The position numbers and the translations under genes were made by a program. This document shows positions 24,819-37,859 of a stretch of 64,000 nucleotides of DNA, one piece after another. Origin of the DNA: Zootoca vivipara. Its lineage: Eukaryota. The first letter of the stretch is position 1. The number at the start of each line of letters is the position of its first letter. The notes under the pieces are model-generated. The model was given only the letters and a program-made list of their open reading frames with translations. It was not told the DNA's origin and did no database searches. The stretch spans positions 35,774,001-35,838,000 of the forward strand of contig NC_083292.1 of assembly GCF_963506605.1 (NCBI RefSeq), written 5' to 3'.

Positions 24819-26324
24819 TGAAACGGTATAGCAATTGAAGCAGTGTAGTCCTATGAATCCACACTTTCATGAATATTTCCATGTCGTTCTGCAGCCAGGT
24901 GATGTGTACGAAATTGCACATAAGAATGGACATACTGTACTAAGTGAAAATAACATACAAAAAATGCATTATAATCGAGAATATTGTTTTTTCGGGAAAG
25001 AGTTGCTGTTCTGCTAAGTTCGCGCTAAGTTCCCATAGACATCTGGTTGGTCATTGAGAACAAGGCTCTTCCAGTCTTCAATGATGCAAACGTATCATAT
25101 ACCGAGGCATAGATAACTGTATGCAATAAACAAGAAAGAGTATGAGAATTTCCACAATTATTTGGGAATTCTTTTCAAAGAAGATATTTGAAGAAATAAA
25201 AGGTTAATATAGTGCCAGCTGTTTTTAAAGAACCAGGGATTTAAGAACATAAAAACGGTTGACTGGATCAGACTAAGGGCCCATCTTATCCAGTATTCTG
25301 TTATCACACATGTCAATGGAAAGCTCACCGTCATGGCCTGAATTCAACAGCAGTGATTTCCAGCAATAGGCATACAAAAGCGTGCTGACAGTAGTGCTAG
25401 AAGATAGTGATCATGGCTCATAACCATTGGTTCCCTTATTCTCCATGAATTCACACAGTTCTAAAAAAGAATCCTTCTGGATCAGGCTAAAGGTGGCCCA
25501 TTAAGCCCAGCATCCTATTCTCCCAATGGCCAACCAATGGGAAGTCTGCAAACAAGATCTGAATGCAAAAGCACAGTCACCACCTGAGATTCCCCACAAC
25601 TGGTATTCAGAGGCTTACTGTCTCTGATAGTGGAAATAGAACATGCATACAGTGTTGGGACATGGGTGGCGCTGTGGGTTAAACCACAGAGCCTAGGGCT
25701 TGCTGATCAGAAGGTTGGTGGTTCGAATCTCTGCGACGGGGTGAGCTCCCGTTGCTCGGACCCTGCTCCTGCCAACCTAGCAGTTCCAAAGTGCAAGTAG
25801 ATAAATAAGTACTGCTCCGGCGGGAAGGTATGTGTGCTGCTCTGGTTCGCCAGAAGCAGCTTTGTCATGCTGGCCACATGACCTGGAAGCTGTACGCAGG
25901 CTCCTTCGGCCAATAACGCGAGATGAGCGCCGCAACCCCAGAGTCGGTCACAATTGGACCTACTGGCCAGGGGTCCCTTTACCTTTACAGTGTTGGAAGC
26001 TCAGATATAGAAGCTAGGTGACATATGGCTCCTTAAACCAGGGTTACAGTTGCCAAAATGGAATGCCTAGTTGCCATTTTGGGGCCAGATGGCTCAAAAG
26101 TTGTATTTTTCAATACAACCTTTTGGTTCCTGAAGTTGGTCATGGAGAACAGAATGAAGTTCATTCTGATTGTGCAGATAAAATATAACAGAATTCTACA
26201 GGGTGTGCAGCTATTTAGTGTATGAAAACAGCCAAGACCCAAGGATCCCCAGGCATTCCATGGAAGCCGCCCAGAGTGGCTGGGGAAACCCAGCCAGATG
26301 GGCGGGGTATAAATAATAATAATA

Positions 26325-26365
<41 letters not shown>

Positions 26366-26985
26366 GCAGAAGCTGTGTTGGGTGTTTGGCTTCCAAAAAA
26401 ACATTCAAAAACCAGAACACTTACTTCCAGGTTTTTTGTTGTTTGGGAGATGATTTGTTTGATAACTAAGTCATTTGAGAACCAAGGTAGCACTGTAATG
26501 GGTTACAAAATGAATACATTGGAGTAAACTGTGACTACAATGCCTGCATATCTTAAAGAAAAGAAGGCACAACAATGTATGATATTAAAGAGAATTGCAC
26601 TTCAGAAATGTGTAATTCAATACAACTGTGTGCTGATGGATTTTCATGAGGACACTGATAATGGAGATCTCTGGGAATCCGGTATGCATATGCAAAATAT
26701 TTGATGATGTCCTAGAGTCCCTCAAGCTGATGAAAGAGCTTTGAAGATCTCTATCTGTTCCCTCTGGGTGCATCTGGTTTCAAGCATCAGACTCGAAGTC
26801 AGCAAAATTAAAAGGAAGGGAGGGGGAATGGTGTTGAGACTATTAGTCTTTCATTATTGCAACCACTAAATGTTGTGACCTTTTGTGCTTAGTGAAGTAA
26901 TTTTGCACATTAAATTGTCAACAACAAAATAAAAGATTAGTCAGAAGAGGCAGTCCCTTGGTCACTGGGGCGGCTTGCAGAACTG

Positions 26986-27067
26986 TATAAAAGCTCGAAG
27001 TTCTCCCAGTTTCTCCCACAGCTTCACCTGACTCTCCTGTCTTCACTACATCTCACCAAAGCAGCAG
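26986..27067 (+). promoter_or_regulatory. Gene 4 TATA box and non-coding exon 1 (intron 27068-28164)
   Basis: TATAAAA 26986-26992; donor CAG|GTAAGC at 27068. Confidence 0.8.
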
Positions 27068-27522
27068 GTAAGCCCATTTCCTTGGGGTGATATTTCCAAG
27101 CTTGTCGTAGGTTCACATTGAAGTAGGGCCAGATGGCTCTTCCAATGAGAGCAGGGATGGGTATCCTGTGGTCCTTGCAATGTTGCTTCCATCATCCTTG
27201 TCCATTGGGAATGCTGGCTGAGAGGACTTGCGATCCTGCAACAACCGCAGGGCCACAGCTTCCCCATCCCTCCTTCACACCCTGCAGGTTCATTAAATAA
27301 GTCACCCCTGATTCTTTGGGCATATATCTAGAACCGGGAAGGAAAACCAGGGGCTTTGTAGATGTTTATGAACTACAGCAGATGGGAGCTAAAGTCTGGT
27401 TGTGCCATTTAGCAAACACAGCAGGAGAAGATCTCCATGGTAATGTCATCTATGCCTGTTAAATATAATTGTGATATTTAGAAGGTGGCACCAGCTTTCT
27501 ATTCTCTCTCTTCCTAAATGTC

Positions 27523-27566
<44 letters not shown>

Positions 27567-28182
27567 CTGCCTTTTAGAGCACAAGCACAAAACTCTGCAT
27601 TTTACTGATAAGTAAACCTGATTGTATTCACTAATGCTTAATCCCAGATGAATAGATAAATGATTGCTGCTTTATTTTTTCATATTCACCCCCACCTGGA
27701 TCGATAATACTTGACTGTGGTCCAGCCTGTCAAAAAATGTTTTTGATAGAATTGTTGACATAACATGCTTTTTTATTCAGACCACGATCATGGAAGCAGC
27801 CTAATAAGGTATGTGAGTATTTTCTTGTTTTTCTACAGCGTCTACCACAGGAGTGTAGTTCTCACTCAGTAGTTATAGTGAGGTTCCTATAGTCTTGTAA
27901 CCCTTCTCTGTCGTTCATGCCGGCTGGATCTGATGGGAGTTGAAGTCTGCAACATCAGAAAAGACTACACACTGACTCCCCCAATATACCTTATATCTGA
28001 GCTTTTATAATTATTTGGTCTTCTTTGGTTTTCATGTTCCATATTCATCTCAGTTGTTCAATTTCATGCTTTAGATTCTTCTTCAGCCATGGTTGACTGT
28101 GATCCATCCCCATTGAAGTGATGTACCCCACACTTATGTTCTCCCTTGGTGTTTTTGCTTTCAGACTCACCTCCATCCAACA

Positions 28183-28734
28183 ATGGTTGACTGTGGTCCA
28201 TCCTGCGCCGTCCCATCCTGCGCTTCCACCCCCACTGTTGGGTTTGGCTCAGCAGGAGGTCTTGGCTACGGTGGTCTTGGCTATGGACTGGGAGGTCTCG
28301 GCTCTGGATTTGGAGGTCTCGGCTCTGGATTGGGAGGTCTCGGCTCTGGATGGGGAGGTCAGGGCTTCGGATTTGGAGGCCTGGGCTATGGATATGGAGG
28401 TGCTGAAAGAGCAAGCAATCTTGGCATCCTAGATGGGATCATCCCTAAACCCGTCAACCAGATCCCACCAGCAGAGGTTGTGATCCAGCCACCTGCCTGC
28501 ATTGTGACCATCCCAGGGGCCATCCTCTCTGCCAGCTGTGAGCCTGTGGCTGTGGGAGGCAACACTCCATGTGCTGTTGGTGGCTCTGGGGTAGTAGGAG
28601 GCTATGGACTTGGGGGCTTGGGCTATGGGTCTGGCCTTCTTGGAAGCTCTGGGGGCTGGGGCTATGGTTTGGGCTCCGGGAGGAGGGCACTCCTTGGAAG
28701 GAAGTTTGGGCGTCGTGGTAGCATCTGTGCATAG
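28183..28734 (+). CDS. Corneous beta-protein gene 4 (183 aa)
   Basis: Core box variant QPPACIVTIPGAIL; acceptor AG 28163-28164; AATAAA 28947-28952. Confidence 0.95.
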   Translation: MVDCGPSCAVPSCASTPTVGFGSAGGLGYGGLGYGLGGLGSGFGGLGSGLGGLGSGWGGQGFGFGGLGYGYGGAERASNLGILDGIIPKPVNQIPPAEVVIQPPACIVTIPGAILSASCEPVAVGGNTPCAVGGSGVVGGYGLGGLGYGSGLLGSSGGWGYGLGSGRRALLGRKFGRRGSICA

Positions 28735-29827
28735 GCCAATTAAACCCGAGAAGTATATCCTGAACTGATATCCACGGAGCTTGATACAGCTGTATTGGCC
28801 ATGGTTCAGAAGAGCTGAATTCAAGCAATCACTCCTGGAATTCATCCTCCATTCTTTGCTTTAGAGTCCAGAAGAAAAAGATCCTTCTACACCGATTGTC
28901 TTCTTTGCCCCTTATAAAATTTCAATGCTTTTTCTTTGACCTTTTCAATAAAGCTTGTTCTGCATTCTGATCACCTGTTTGTCTTGATGTTTAAATGTAA
29001 AGCCTCAGTTCCGCATAGCAAGGTGTCTGAAGCAGTTTTTGGCCAAACTAAAACCAGTGCATTTGCAGGACATCTTTCTCTCTGGCCCCCTGAATGGTTT
29101 AGTTCTATGTGGTTAGAATAAGGTACATTCGCCTCGAGAGAATTATCATTTCCCCCTTTTTCAAAACAAGTGCTGGGTCCCCTTTCAGAGTGCCTCAAAC
29201 CATTATTTATTCAGGGAGCAACAGTCATAATAGCTGGATAATCTTTTGTAGTTTTGCAACATTTGCATATGTACATCGTGTGGAATGTATTGCGGAATGT
29301 AGCTTTTGTAATCAATATGTTACAAGACTTTGGACAATAACATATTTTTTGATACGAGATAATGTAGTCAAATGGTGCAGGATTACCCAGCCTCTCAGTC
29401 AGATACTGTATTTTGATACAGTTTTAAATTATTGCATACACGAGTTAAAAAAAAATTAAGCACATTTAAACCTTGACTTCATTTATTGTTTTGTAATCTG
29501 CATTTAAAGCCGTCCAAATTAGTAGCAATCGCCACATCTTCTGGAAAGGTGGAAAGTCAGGTCGGTAACACCTAGTGCCCTAGCTCCCCAGTTAAAATGG
29601 CAAAAGCTGTAGACATCTCCCCCCAAAGCCCTCCCAAGAGGTTAAACTCTGTAAAATGAGGTTTGAGAAAGCTGCAAACTTTGACACTGAGTTAATGGAG
29701 GAAGTTTTAATGAATAACAGCACATACTGGGCATCTCTAGACACAGGTACAGGAATCACTTTATTAAGAGAAGATCTAGATACTTCCACAAAGATGTTGC
29801 CTCACAACATCCAGATTAGCTCCCAGA

Positions 29828-32380
29828 TAGTATGACAGTGACAATCACAGATAATAATGGCTCTCAAAGTGAACCATTCACGGTGGAATCAGATGTTAAA
29901 CAGGGTTGTGTTACTGCCCCAACTCTATTCACTATTTTGATTGCCATGATCCTACACTTTGTGGAGGGGAAACTCCCCACTGGAGTCATATATCAAAGAG
30001 ATATATGAAAGCTTTTTAATCTGAGTAAGCTGAAAGCAAAGAGTAAGGTTACCATAACTTCCATCATAGAGCTTCAGTATGCTGATGACAACGTAGTATC
30101 TGTACACTCAGAGGATGACCTCCAAACCACCCTAAATATCTTTGCAGAAGCTTACGAACAACATGGCCTATTGTTCAATATCCAGAAAACCAAAGTGCTG
30201 CACCAACAAGCACAAAACACTACGCCTCTGCAGTGCCACAAATGAAACTCAATGGTGTAACGTTGGAAAGTGTGGAGTGTGGATCACTTGTCGATCACAT
30301 TTTACCTGGGCAGTTATCTTTCCACAAGGGCTGTCATTGATGGTAAAATCCAATTAAAAAGGAAAAAATGGAATTAGAATGGGCCACATATAAAGATCTG
30401 ATTAAGGAAAAAGACAATAAATTGGTAAATAAAGATGATGAGGAAATTAAACAACACCTTACGGGTTGGATCCAATACCATCAATTACATGAAGAGTTCA
30501 GGAGAGATAAGAAAAAAAGGTTTCTCAAATGAACCTACATTATTAGAAAAAGTTATTACAAAACCAAACCAAGGTAATATCAAAACTGTGTGATACATTA
30601 TTGGAGTGGGAGGTCAAAGACGAACAGGTCAAGGAGTTAATGATCAAGTGGGCTTTAGATATTGGGAAAACCATTAACTTAACAGCATGGGAAGAACTAT
30701 GGAGAAGGAACTGGAAATTTACAGCCTGTGAAGTATTGAGGGAAAACCTAATCAAGATGTTTTATAGGTGGTACTTAACACCTACCAAAATAGCTAAAAT
30801 GTATAAGACGAAAACAAATCTGTGCTGGAGGTGTGGTAAAACAGAGGGGACACTTATACATGTTTGGTGGACCTGTGAAAAAATACACAGTGTATGACGA
30901 GCTTAAAAAAAAAAAGTTTAATTACAGTGGTACCTCGACTTACGAAGACGATCTGTTCCGCGGCCATCTTCATAAAAGTCTTCGGTTGTTGAAGCGCCGC
31001 TTCTGCGCATGCGACGACCGCGCGCACCACTTTGCGCAGGCGCAGAACCCGCACGCGTGGTGAAAAGACTTCCGCGGTTGTCGGCTTCGGAAGTTGAAAC
31101 CTTTGGAAGTTGAATCGTTCAGTTGTCGAGGTACCACTGTATAACTTTAAGAAAAATACAGAAGCTTTTCTACTAGGGATAATGCACACAGGTATAGCAA
31201 GAGATGATAAGAAAATATTCCTCTATGCCACAGGAGCGGCAAGGATCCTAATTGGTAAAAACTGGAAAAAATAAACTGTGCCAATTCAAAAAAGGAATGG
31301 CAAGATAAACTGTTAGAGCATATTGTACTGGCTAGATTAACAGAGGCAATTAGAGGTCACACTAGGCAAGAGTTTCAAAAAGCATGGGAAGAATACAGAG
31401 AATACTTCACAAAACAGTGCCCTTAAATACATACCTGGACTTGTTTTAATTAATGTCTGCATGAGACTTCATGCATGTTTAAGTTATAATTAGAAAAATC
31501 TTAATAATTATTCATAAAGGAAACAGTTTATAAAAAGTAAATATGGAGGACAGATACAGGATAAAGGAAGTCTTTTATTTGGTTGTTTATATTGTTGTAT
31601 GTTATGTTTACTGTATGTTATGTTCACGTTTAATTTGTGTATTGGGGTGGGGGGGTTTGTGTTATGTTGTAAATAAAATTCCAAATTTAAAGAAAGAAAG
31701 AAAGAAATCCAGCATCGCCTGAGTCTGGAGAATGCAGCTTTCTCCCGAATCAAGTGCAGAGTGTTTGAGGACCAAGACATTCGCAGGGAAACCAAAATGC
31801 TTGTTTACAAAGCTATTGTACTGCCAACCTTACTGCATGCTTGTGAAACATGGACTATTTATGAATGCCATCTCCAACTCCTTGAAAGTTTCCATAAACG
31901 GTGTCTCCGAAAAATTTTGTACATCACTTGAGAAGGTAGACGAACTAATGCCAGTGTACTGCAAAGATCACCAGTGTTGAAGCAATGATTCTTCAACATC
32001 AACTTCGTTGGACTGGTCATGTTGTTCGGATGCCTGATTATCGTCTTCCACACTTAAAAATGGAAAGTGTAATGCTGGTGGTCAACAAAAGAGGTCTAAA
32101 GACTCTCTCGAGGCAAATAAAAAAAATGTAGTATAAACACAGACAACTGGGAAACACTGGTCTGTGAGCGCTCCAGTTGGAGAACAACCTTTACCAAAAT
32201 GTCATGGTCTTTGAAGAAACTCGATCTCAGGACGAAAGAGAGAAATATGCTCAGAGGAAGGCACTTTTGGCAAACCCTCACCATGATCAACTCCCACCTG
32301 GAAACCTATGTCCCAGCTGTGGAAGGACGTGTGGCTCCAGAACTGGCCTTCACAATCACTTATGAACTCAGTGTTAATAC
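29828..32380 (+). mobile_element. RTE-clade LINE remnant interrupted by an L1 3' fragment (about 30350-31700)
   Basis: QYADD-coding sequence near 30075; L1 MFYRWYLTP..CWRC..HVWWTC; RTE C-terminal CPSCGRTCGSRTGLHNH zinc-finger-like end. Confidence 0.75.
30925..31139. mobile_element. Tc1/mariner (Tigger-like) MITE inside the L1 fragment
   Basis: TIR cagtggtacctcgac/gtcgaggtaccactg; TA TSD. Confidence 0.88.
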
Positions 32381-32454
32381 CGTCCAGCAGCACCTTAGGG
32401 ACCAACTAAGTTTGTCATAGCCATGAGCTTTTGTGTGCATGCACACTTCTTCAG

Positions 32455-32779
32455 CATAGCTGCCAAGTACCCCGTTTCCCCCGGGAAACCCCTGTTTTTT
32501 CTTATCTTTTCCTGGCAGTCCCCCGTATCACGTCGTCTCCCATTATTCTCCCTTATATTCTCCTGCCGGCGGCAATTTTTTTTTTCTGATTTCCCCATCT
32601 ATGGGCACCGAAAATGGCTGGCTTCGCCAGAAGTGCGTAGACGCGACTTCCGGTGTCGGCGGTGGCCATTTTCGGTGCCCATAGATGGGCAGAGCGACAC
32701 TGGAAGTTGCATCTACGCAACTTCTGGTGTCATGCGGCTGCCGGTCCCGGATTCTGCAGTCCGGGACTTGGCAGGTATG
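32455..32779. mobile_element. hAT MITE (325 bp)
   Basis: TIR catagctgccaagt/acttggcaggtatg; 8-bp TSD ttcttcag. Confidence 0.88.
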
Positions 32780-32821
32780 TTCTTCAGATACTGACCCCAA
32801 TCAGTGACTTCTGTTTCAGCA

Positions 32822-32858
32822 TATCTGATGAAGTGTGCATGCACACGAAAGCTCATAC
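32822..32858 (+). ncRNA. Minimal type I hammerhead ribozyme motif (Penelope-associated)
   Basis: tat-CTGATGA-a-gtgtg catg cacac-GAAA-gc-TC-ata. Confidence 0.6.
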
Positions 32859-33825
32859 CTATGACAAACTTAGTTGGTCTCTAAGGTGCTATTGGAAGGA
32901 ATTTTTTGTTTGTTTGTTTCGACTATGTCAGACCAACACGGCTACCTACCTGTAACTGTTAATATTGTGTTCATGGAAGAAAATCTTACTTGGCTACAAG
33001 TGGTCGCCAAAGAAGAAGTATCAACCATATTTTAAAAATGTTATTTGAGGTGGAATTTGGCCATTTTATGGTCACAAAAATTCCTTGGCACACAGACTTT
33101 GAAGTAATAATCTCAAATGAAAAGCAAAACACGCTTGTGGGGAGGGAAACACTCCAAAACATTTTTGGTGCAATTAATGGAATCCTCTTTGAAACTCTTA
33201 CATAGCTGGTCTCTTGCCCTTTTCTGTATTTCCCACATGATACCAGGGGTGACATCAATCTTAGTACTGGATCTTAGTACATACTGTACATATGTAGTGG
33301 TTTTGCAAATCTGCTTATCCATTTTGGATTCTGGTATTTAAAGAACTGAGTTTAATATACAAAATGAGCATGCCCATCAACTTGCTTTGCTTGGGATAAA
33401 GGGCATGTCTACTCCACCAATTGCTCATAAAGTACTTTTTATGTTTCTCCTCATAGTGGCACATATGGAAATAGTCATGTGATGGCACACTGCCTTGGGC
33501 TTGAACATGAAAGCATGGTATTCTAGAGCTTGGACAATTGCTGTGGCTGAAAATCTGATGTGCTAGATTGTGAAACCAAGGAGAATTCTAACCCCCATCT
33601 TTTTTATAATGTGTGACAACCATTTTTGGATTATATGTGTCAATAAGGTTGTGCTGTTGTTCAACATCTTTATAAATGACTTCGATGAAGGAACTGAGTG
33701 GATGCTCATCAGATGTGCAGATGGTACCAAACAAGGAGAGGTAGCTAACGCCACTGAAGACAGGATCAGGATTCAAAATGACCTTAACAGATTGGAGAGC
33801 TGGGCTCAAATGAGTTTCAATAGGG

Positions 33826-33826
<1 letters not shown>

Positions 33827-33880
<54 letters not shown>

Positions 33881-34783
33881 CCTGCCCATCTGGCTGGGTT
33901 TCCCCAGCCACTCTGGGCAGCTTCCAACAGAAGTATTAAAATACACTAATTTCTTAAAGATTAAAAGCTTCCCTAAACAGGGCTGCCTTCTGATGTCCTC
34001 TAAAAGTCTGGTAGTTGTTTTTCTTCTTGACATCTGGTGGGAGGGTGTTCCACAGGGTGGGTGCCACTACCAAGAAGGCCCTCTGCCTGGTTACCTGTAA
34101 CTTGGCTTCTCGCAGCGAGGGAACTGCTAGAAGGCCCTCAGCACTGGACCTCAGTGTCCGGGCAGAGTGATGGAGGTGGATACGCTCCTTCAGGTATACT
34201 GGACGGAGGCCGTTTAGGGCTTTAAAGGTCAGCACCAACACTTTGAATTGTGCTCGGAAACGTACTGGGAGCCAATGCAGGTCTTTCAAGGCCGGTGTTA
34301 TGTGCTCTTGTCAGCTGCTCCCAGTCACCAGTCTAGCTTCCGCATTCTGGATTAAATGTAGTTTCTGGGCCGCCTGCAAAGGTAGCCCCACATAGAGCGC
34401 ATTGCAGTAGTCCAAGCAAGAGATAACTAGAGCATGCACCACTCTGGCGAGACAGTTCACGGGCAGGTAGGGTTTCAGCCTGTGTACCAGATGAATCTGA
34501 TAAACAGCTGCCCTGGATACAGAATTAACTTGCACCTCTATGGACAGCTGTGAGTCCAAAATGACTCCCAGGTTGCGTACCTGGTCCTTCAGGGGCACAG
34601 TTACCCCATTCAGGACCAGGGAGTCTTCCACACCTGCCTGCCTCCTGTCTCCCACAAACAGTACTTCTGTCTTGCCAGGATTCAACCTCTGTTAGCCGCC
34701 ATCCAACCTCCAACCGCCTCCAGACACTCACACAGGACCTTCACTGCCTTCACTGGTTCTGATTTGGAAGAGAGGTAGAGCTA
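33827..34783 (-). mobile_element. L2 3' fragment inserted in an old CR1 fragment (33650-34800, plus)
   Basis: NPGKTEVL..SCLDYCNALY..LHWLPV; (AAT)n tail; CR1 [12 protein letters not shown] continues on the other side. Confidence 0.85.
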
Positions 34784-35489
34784 GGCAAATGTAAGGTTCT
34801 GCATTTATCAAATTATTCAGGGTCTCCCTAGGCCAGCATACTCCAAGAATGTGCCAGTGTGAGGGGCTACCATTCTACTTATCTCAAATCAAAGCCCATC
34901 TATCACTCTCAGCATAGAAATGTATTGTGCTGCAGCGAGCACAATTCACCAAGAACTGACATTTGACTTCTGGAATTTTCCTCTTTGGACTTTGTGCTAT
35001 GATTTAGATGTTTCAAATGTTGATGCCCATTTTACTTCAACCTATGCTCCTTGTATGGTACCTTGCTTCACACTACTTGTATTTATTTAATGTTATTCAT
35101 CGCCCCCCCCCCTTATGAAACACACCTGGACAACGTGTTCTTAATGCTGATCAATGACCATGATATTATAGATGAAGATGGAGATTTCCCTCTTTGAGGA
35201 ATTGTCGCCACTAGGTGCCAAATGAAGAGAGAGCCATATTAGAATAAAGAATGAGCTTTAATGAAAAGGCGGAAAGTATCAAGTTGACAATTGTACAAGA
35301 AGAAGGAGATGGGGAAGGCAAAGGAACACAGAGCACAATGTGGCTCTGAACTCATTCATGGATTAAATACTTTCAAGGGGAAAAGCAGGAGAAATGAAAC
35401 ATGGCTGGAATTCAGGACAAGACACTACATAATAATAGATTTGCATCATCTTCACCCATTCAGGGTCATTGCTATAACCATCAGACAGA

Positions 35490-36026
35490 TTACCACACAT
35501 TACACACATTACCACGGCCTCCCAGCAGGGATCTCCTTCCAAAGAGCCCACCCCTTCTCAGACCAAACTGGGAACTTCCAAGGAAGCCACCAAAATTGCT
35601 TCCAAGGAGACCTGACCCGTAGCCATAGCCTCCTACCAGCCCAGAGCCACCAACAGCACATGGAGTGTTGCCTCCAACAGCCACGGGCTCACAGCTGGCA
35701 GAGAGGATGGGCCCTGGGATGGTCAGGACGGAGGCAGGTGGCTGGATCACGACCTCTGCTGGTGGGATCTGGTTGATGCAGGATGGGGCAACTCCTGCCA
35801 GGACTCCAAGATTGGCTGCTCTTTCAGCACCTCCATATCCATAGCCCAGGCCTCCAAATCCGAAGCCCTGACCTCCCCATCCAGAGCCGAGACCTCCAAA
35901 TCCAGAGCCGAGACCTCCAAATCCAGAGCCGAGACCACCATAGCCAAGACCTCCTGCTGATCCAAACCCAACAGTGGGGGTGGACGCACAGGATGGGACA
36001 GCACAGGATGGACCACAGTCAACCAT
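35490..36026 (-). CDS. Corneous beta-protein gene 5 (178 aa, C-terminus GRGNVCNVW)
   Basis: True start is the MVDCG ATG at 36026 (the ORF-track extension to 36128 is intronic); acceptor 36045-36046; ATTAAA on minus strand 35257-35262. Confidence 0.95.
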   Translation of the reverse strand: MVDCGPSCAVPSCASTPTVGFGSAGGLGYGGLGSGFGGLGSGFGGLGSGWGGQGFGFGGLGYGYGGAERAANLGVLAGVAPSCINQIPPAEVVIQPPASVLTIPGPILSASCEPVAVGGNTPCAVGGSGLVGGYGYGSGLLGSNFGGFLGSSQFGLRRGGLFGRRSLLGGRGNVCNVW

Positions 36027-37772
36027 TGTTGGATGGAGGTGAGTCTGAAACAAAAAAAAACACACACCAAGGGACAAAATAAGTGTGGGGTACATCACTT
36101 CAGTGGGGCACATCACTTTCCATTTCACCCAACTTAAACCATCTTCCTTGATTGAAAATCAGCTGTCTTCTGTTATTCGTGAAACATTAAGCCCTAATTT
36201 ATGGATTCTGTATTGTCCTGTACGTCATCACTACAGCCCTTCTCATCCTTGTGGGTCCTAAATCTGATCCCTCATGGTTCCAGGAAGGTCAGAGCCATGA
36301 GGTCTGAGCTCTTTCTTTCTAGGGGAAGGACCATCACTTTCTAGGGGATGGGCACATAGTTTGCAAGCAGAAAGTCTCAGGTTCAGTCCCAGGAACCTCC
36401 AGGTTGAACAGGGAAATGCTTCCTACTTGAAACCCTGGAGATTCACAGCTGATCATTGTGGACAATACCAAGCTATATGGACCAAGAGTCTGACTCAGTA
36501 CAAGGCAGCTAAATACTTGATTTCATAAAATACACAAGATATACTGTACACAATACTGAGTTAGATGGACCAATACCCTGTTTTTTAAGCACAGATATTC
36601 CATGAAAATTTGTTCCATGAAAAACACATTAATATTAGTCTGTGCTTCCCTCTGGTGCCAGTCCTCATGAAGGTTACATGATTGGTGAAATATGAAAAGG
36701 ATTCCATTGAGCACTGGCACATGTATCCAACCACAGAGAGTGATGAGTCCTAGTTTTTGTTGGTTCAATAAATAAATAAAAGGTATAAAAGAGAATTCAT
36801 GGAAATAAAGCATGGAAATAAAAACTGTTATACCTTTAAAATACGCCCTTGTGAGTTCCAAAACTTCCCTCCTTACCGAGCATAGGAAAAGAGCACACAG
36901 TTGGTAATTTTGAAATTGGTTTACTTACAAACCCTTCAAAGGTCAGTTTCATGTGCTTTTCCACACATCAGTCAGAAAAGTTGCACAGGCAGTACTTGGC
37001 TTAATTGCAACATGATGAACGTTCTTAAATTATTGGTATGAGAACTCAAGAGTGGCTTGTGAGAGCCATGCAGCAAAGCTGGATCAACCAGCCTAGCCTC
37101 TTCGCTTGCTGAACTTCTCAGATAGACTGGGAGAGAACAAAACCTTAATTATCTAACCCCTCACAAGGTGAGCTAACAAGACAGCTTACTCTATGGTCTT
37201 AGCCCCTTCATGAATTAAAAAGACTTAAGAATATGAGGCTAGTCATCCCACAGTTTTGCTCAAGGTAATGATGAACGCTGGATTTGCACAATGTGTGGCA
37301 GAATGGGACCCAGATTCCCAACTTTCCAAGAAAACAGAGGTACCTACTTTTGAAAGCATGTTTCAAATACTATAACATGGGTAGGGGGGGGGGGAGAGGC
37401 TGTAGTTAATTGGGAGAGTATCTGCTCTGCATGCAGAATGCCATGGGCTGGGTGCAGGTGGGCAGGGAGAGAATCTGATCAGAAATCCTGGATCTTTACT
37501 GGTGGCCATTGTTGGTGAGCTCAACAGGCTAACACTGCAACCTAGGAGAAGGCAGCTTCCAGTTTTCAGAAGACTGTGTATACACACATACAATCACAAA
37601 GAAACCAGCCAGTGACATTAGGTAATTTAATTTCTTGGTACAAGATCTACACATCTCAAAGATTAATAGAATTTTGGTGTTCTCTTGGAGTTCAGATATT
37701 GAACCACTTGAAAGTGCAAGAATCATTTAAAGATAACATTCTAACATATGTATATACATAGACTTGACTTAC

Positions 37773-37859
37773 CAAAGTTTCCAAGGAGTAGAAATGGAGA
37801 GGAGGAGATCAAGTCAAGTGAAGCTGTTGGGATATCTCAGCCCAGGGAACCCTTTTATA
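37773..37859 (-). promoter_or_regulatory. Gene 5 TATA box and non-coding exon 1 (intron 36045-37772)
   Basis: TATAAAA 37859-37853; donor GTAAGT at 37772; same TATA-donor spacing as genes 1 and 3. Confidence 0.8.

Larger units (their letters stand above)
22500..29825 (+). repeat. Direct segmental duplication of the gene 1/gene 2 head-to-head unit (about 4735-17560)
   Basis: Long near-identical collinear sequence including shared L2 and Sauria SINE; differs by TE insertions and a 1.6-kb indel. Confidence 0.9.
32383..32957. mobile_element. Penelope-like element terminal fragments in inverted arrangement
   Basis: Inverted arms (about 32383-32454 plus 32788-32791 versus 32821-32896), each with ctga[a/t]gaagtgtgcatgcacac[g/a]aaagctca. 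Confidence 0.7.

Noticed and set aside
22500-29825. Possibility that the tandem unit is a falsely duplicated haplotype
   Set aside because: Units differ by many substitutions, several TE insertions, a deletion and different gene 1 versus gene 3 3' ends; read depth would settle it
36027-36128. N-terminal extensions of genes 5 and 7 in the ORF track (also 60976-61062)
   Set aside because: They cross the conserved splice acceptor, start at non-ATG codons and are not in frame in other paralogs
36850-37377. Possible solo LTR (TG...CA) in the gene 5 intron
   Set aside because: No matching TSD found and boundaries uncertain; left unclassified
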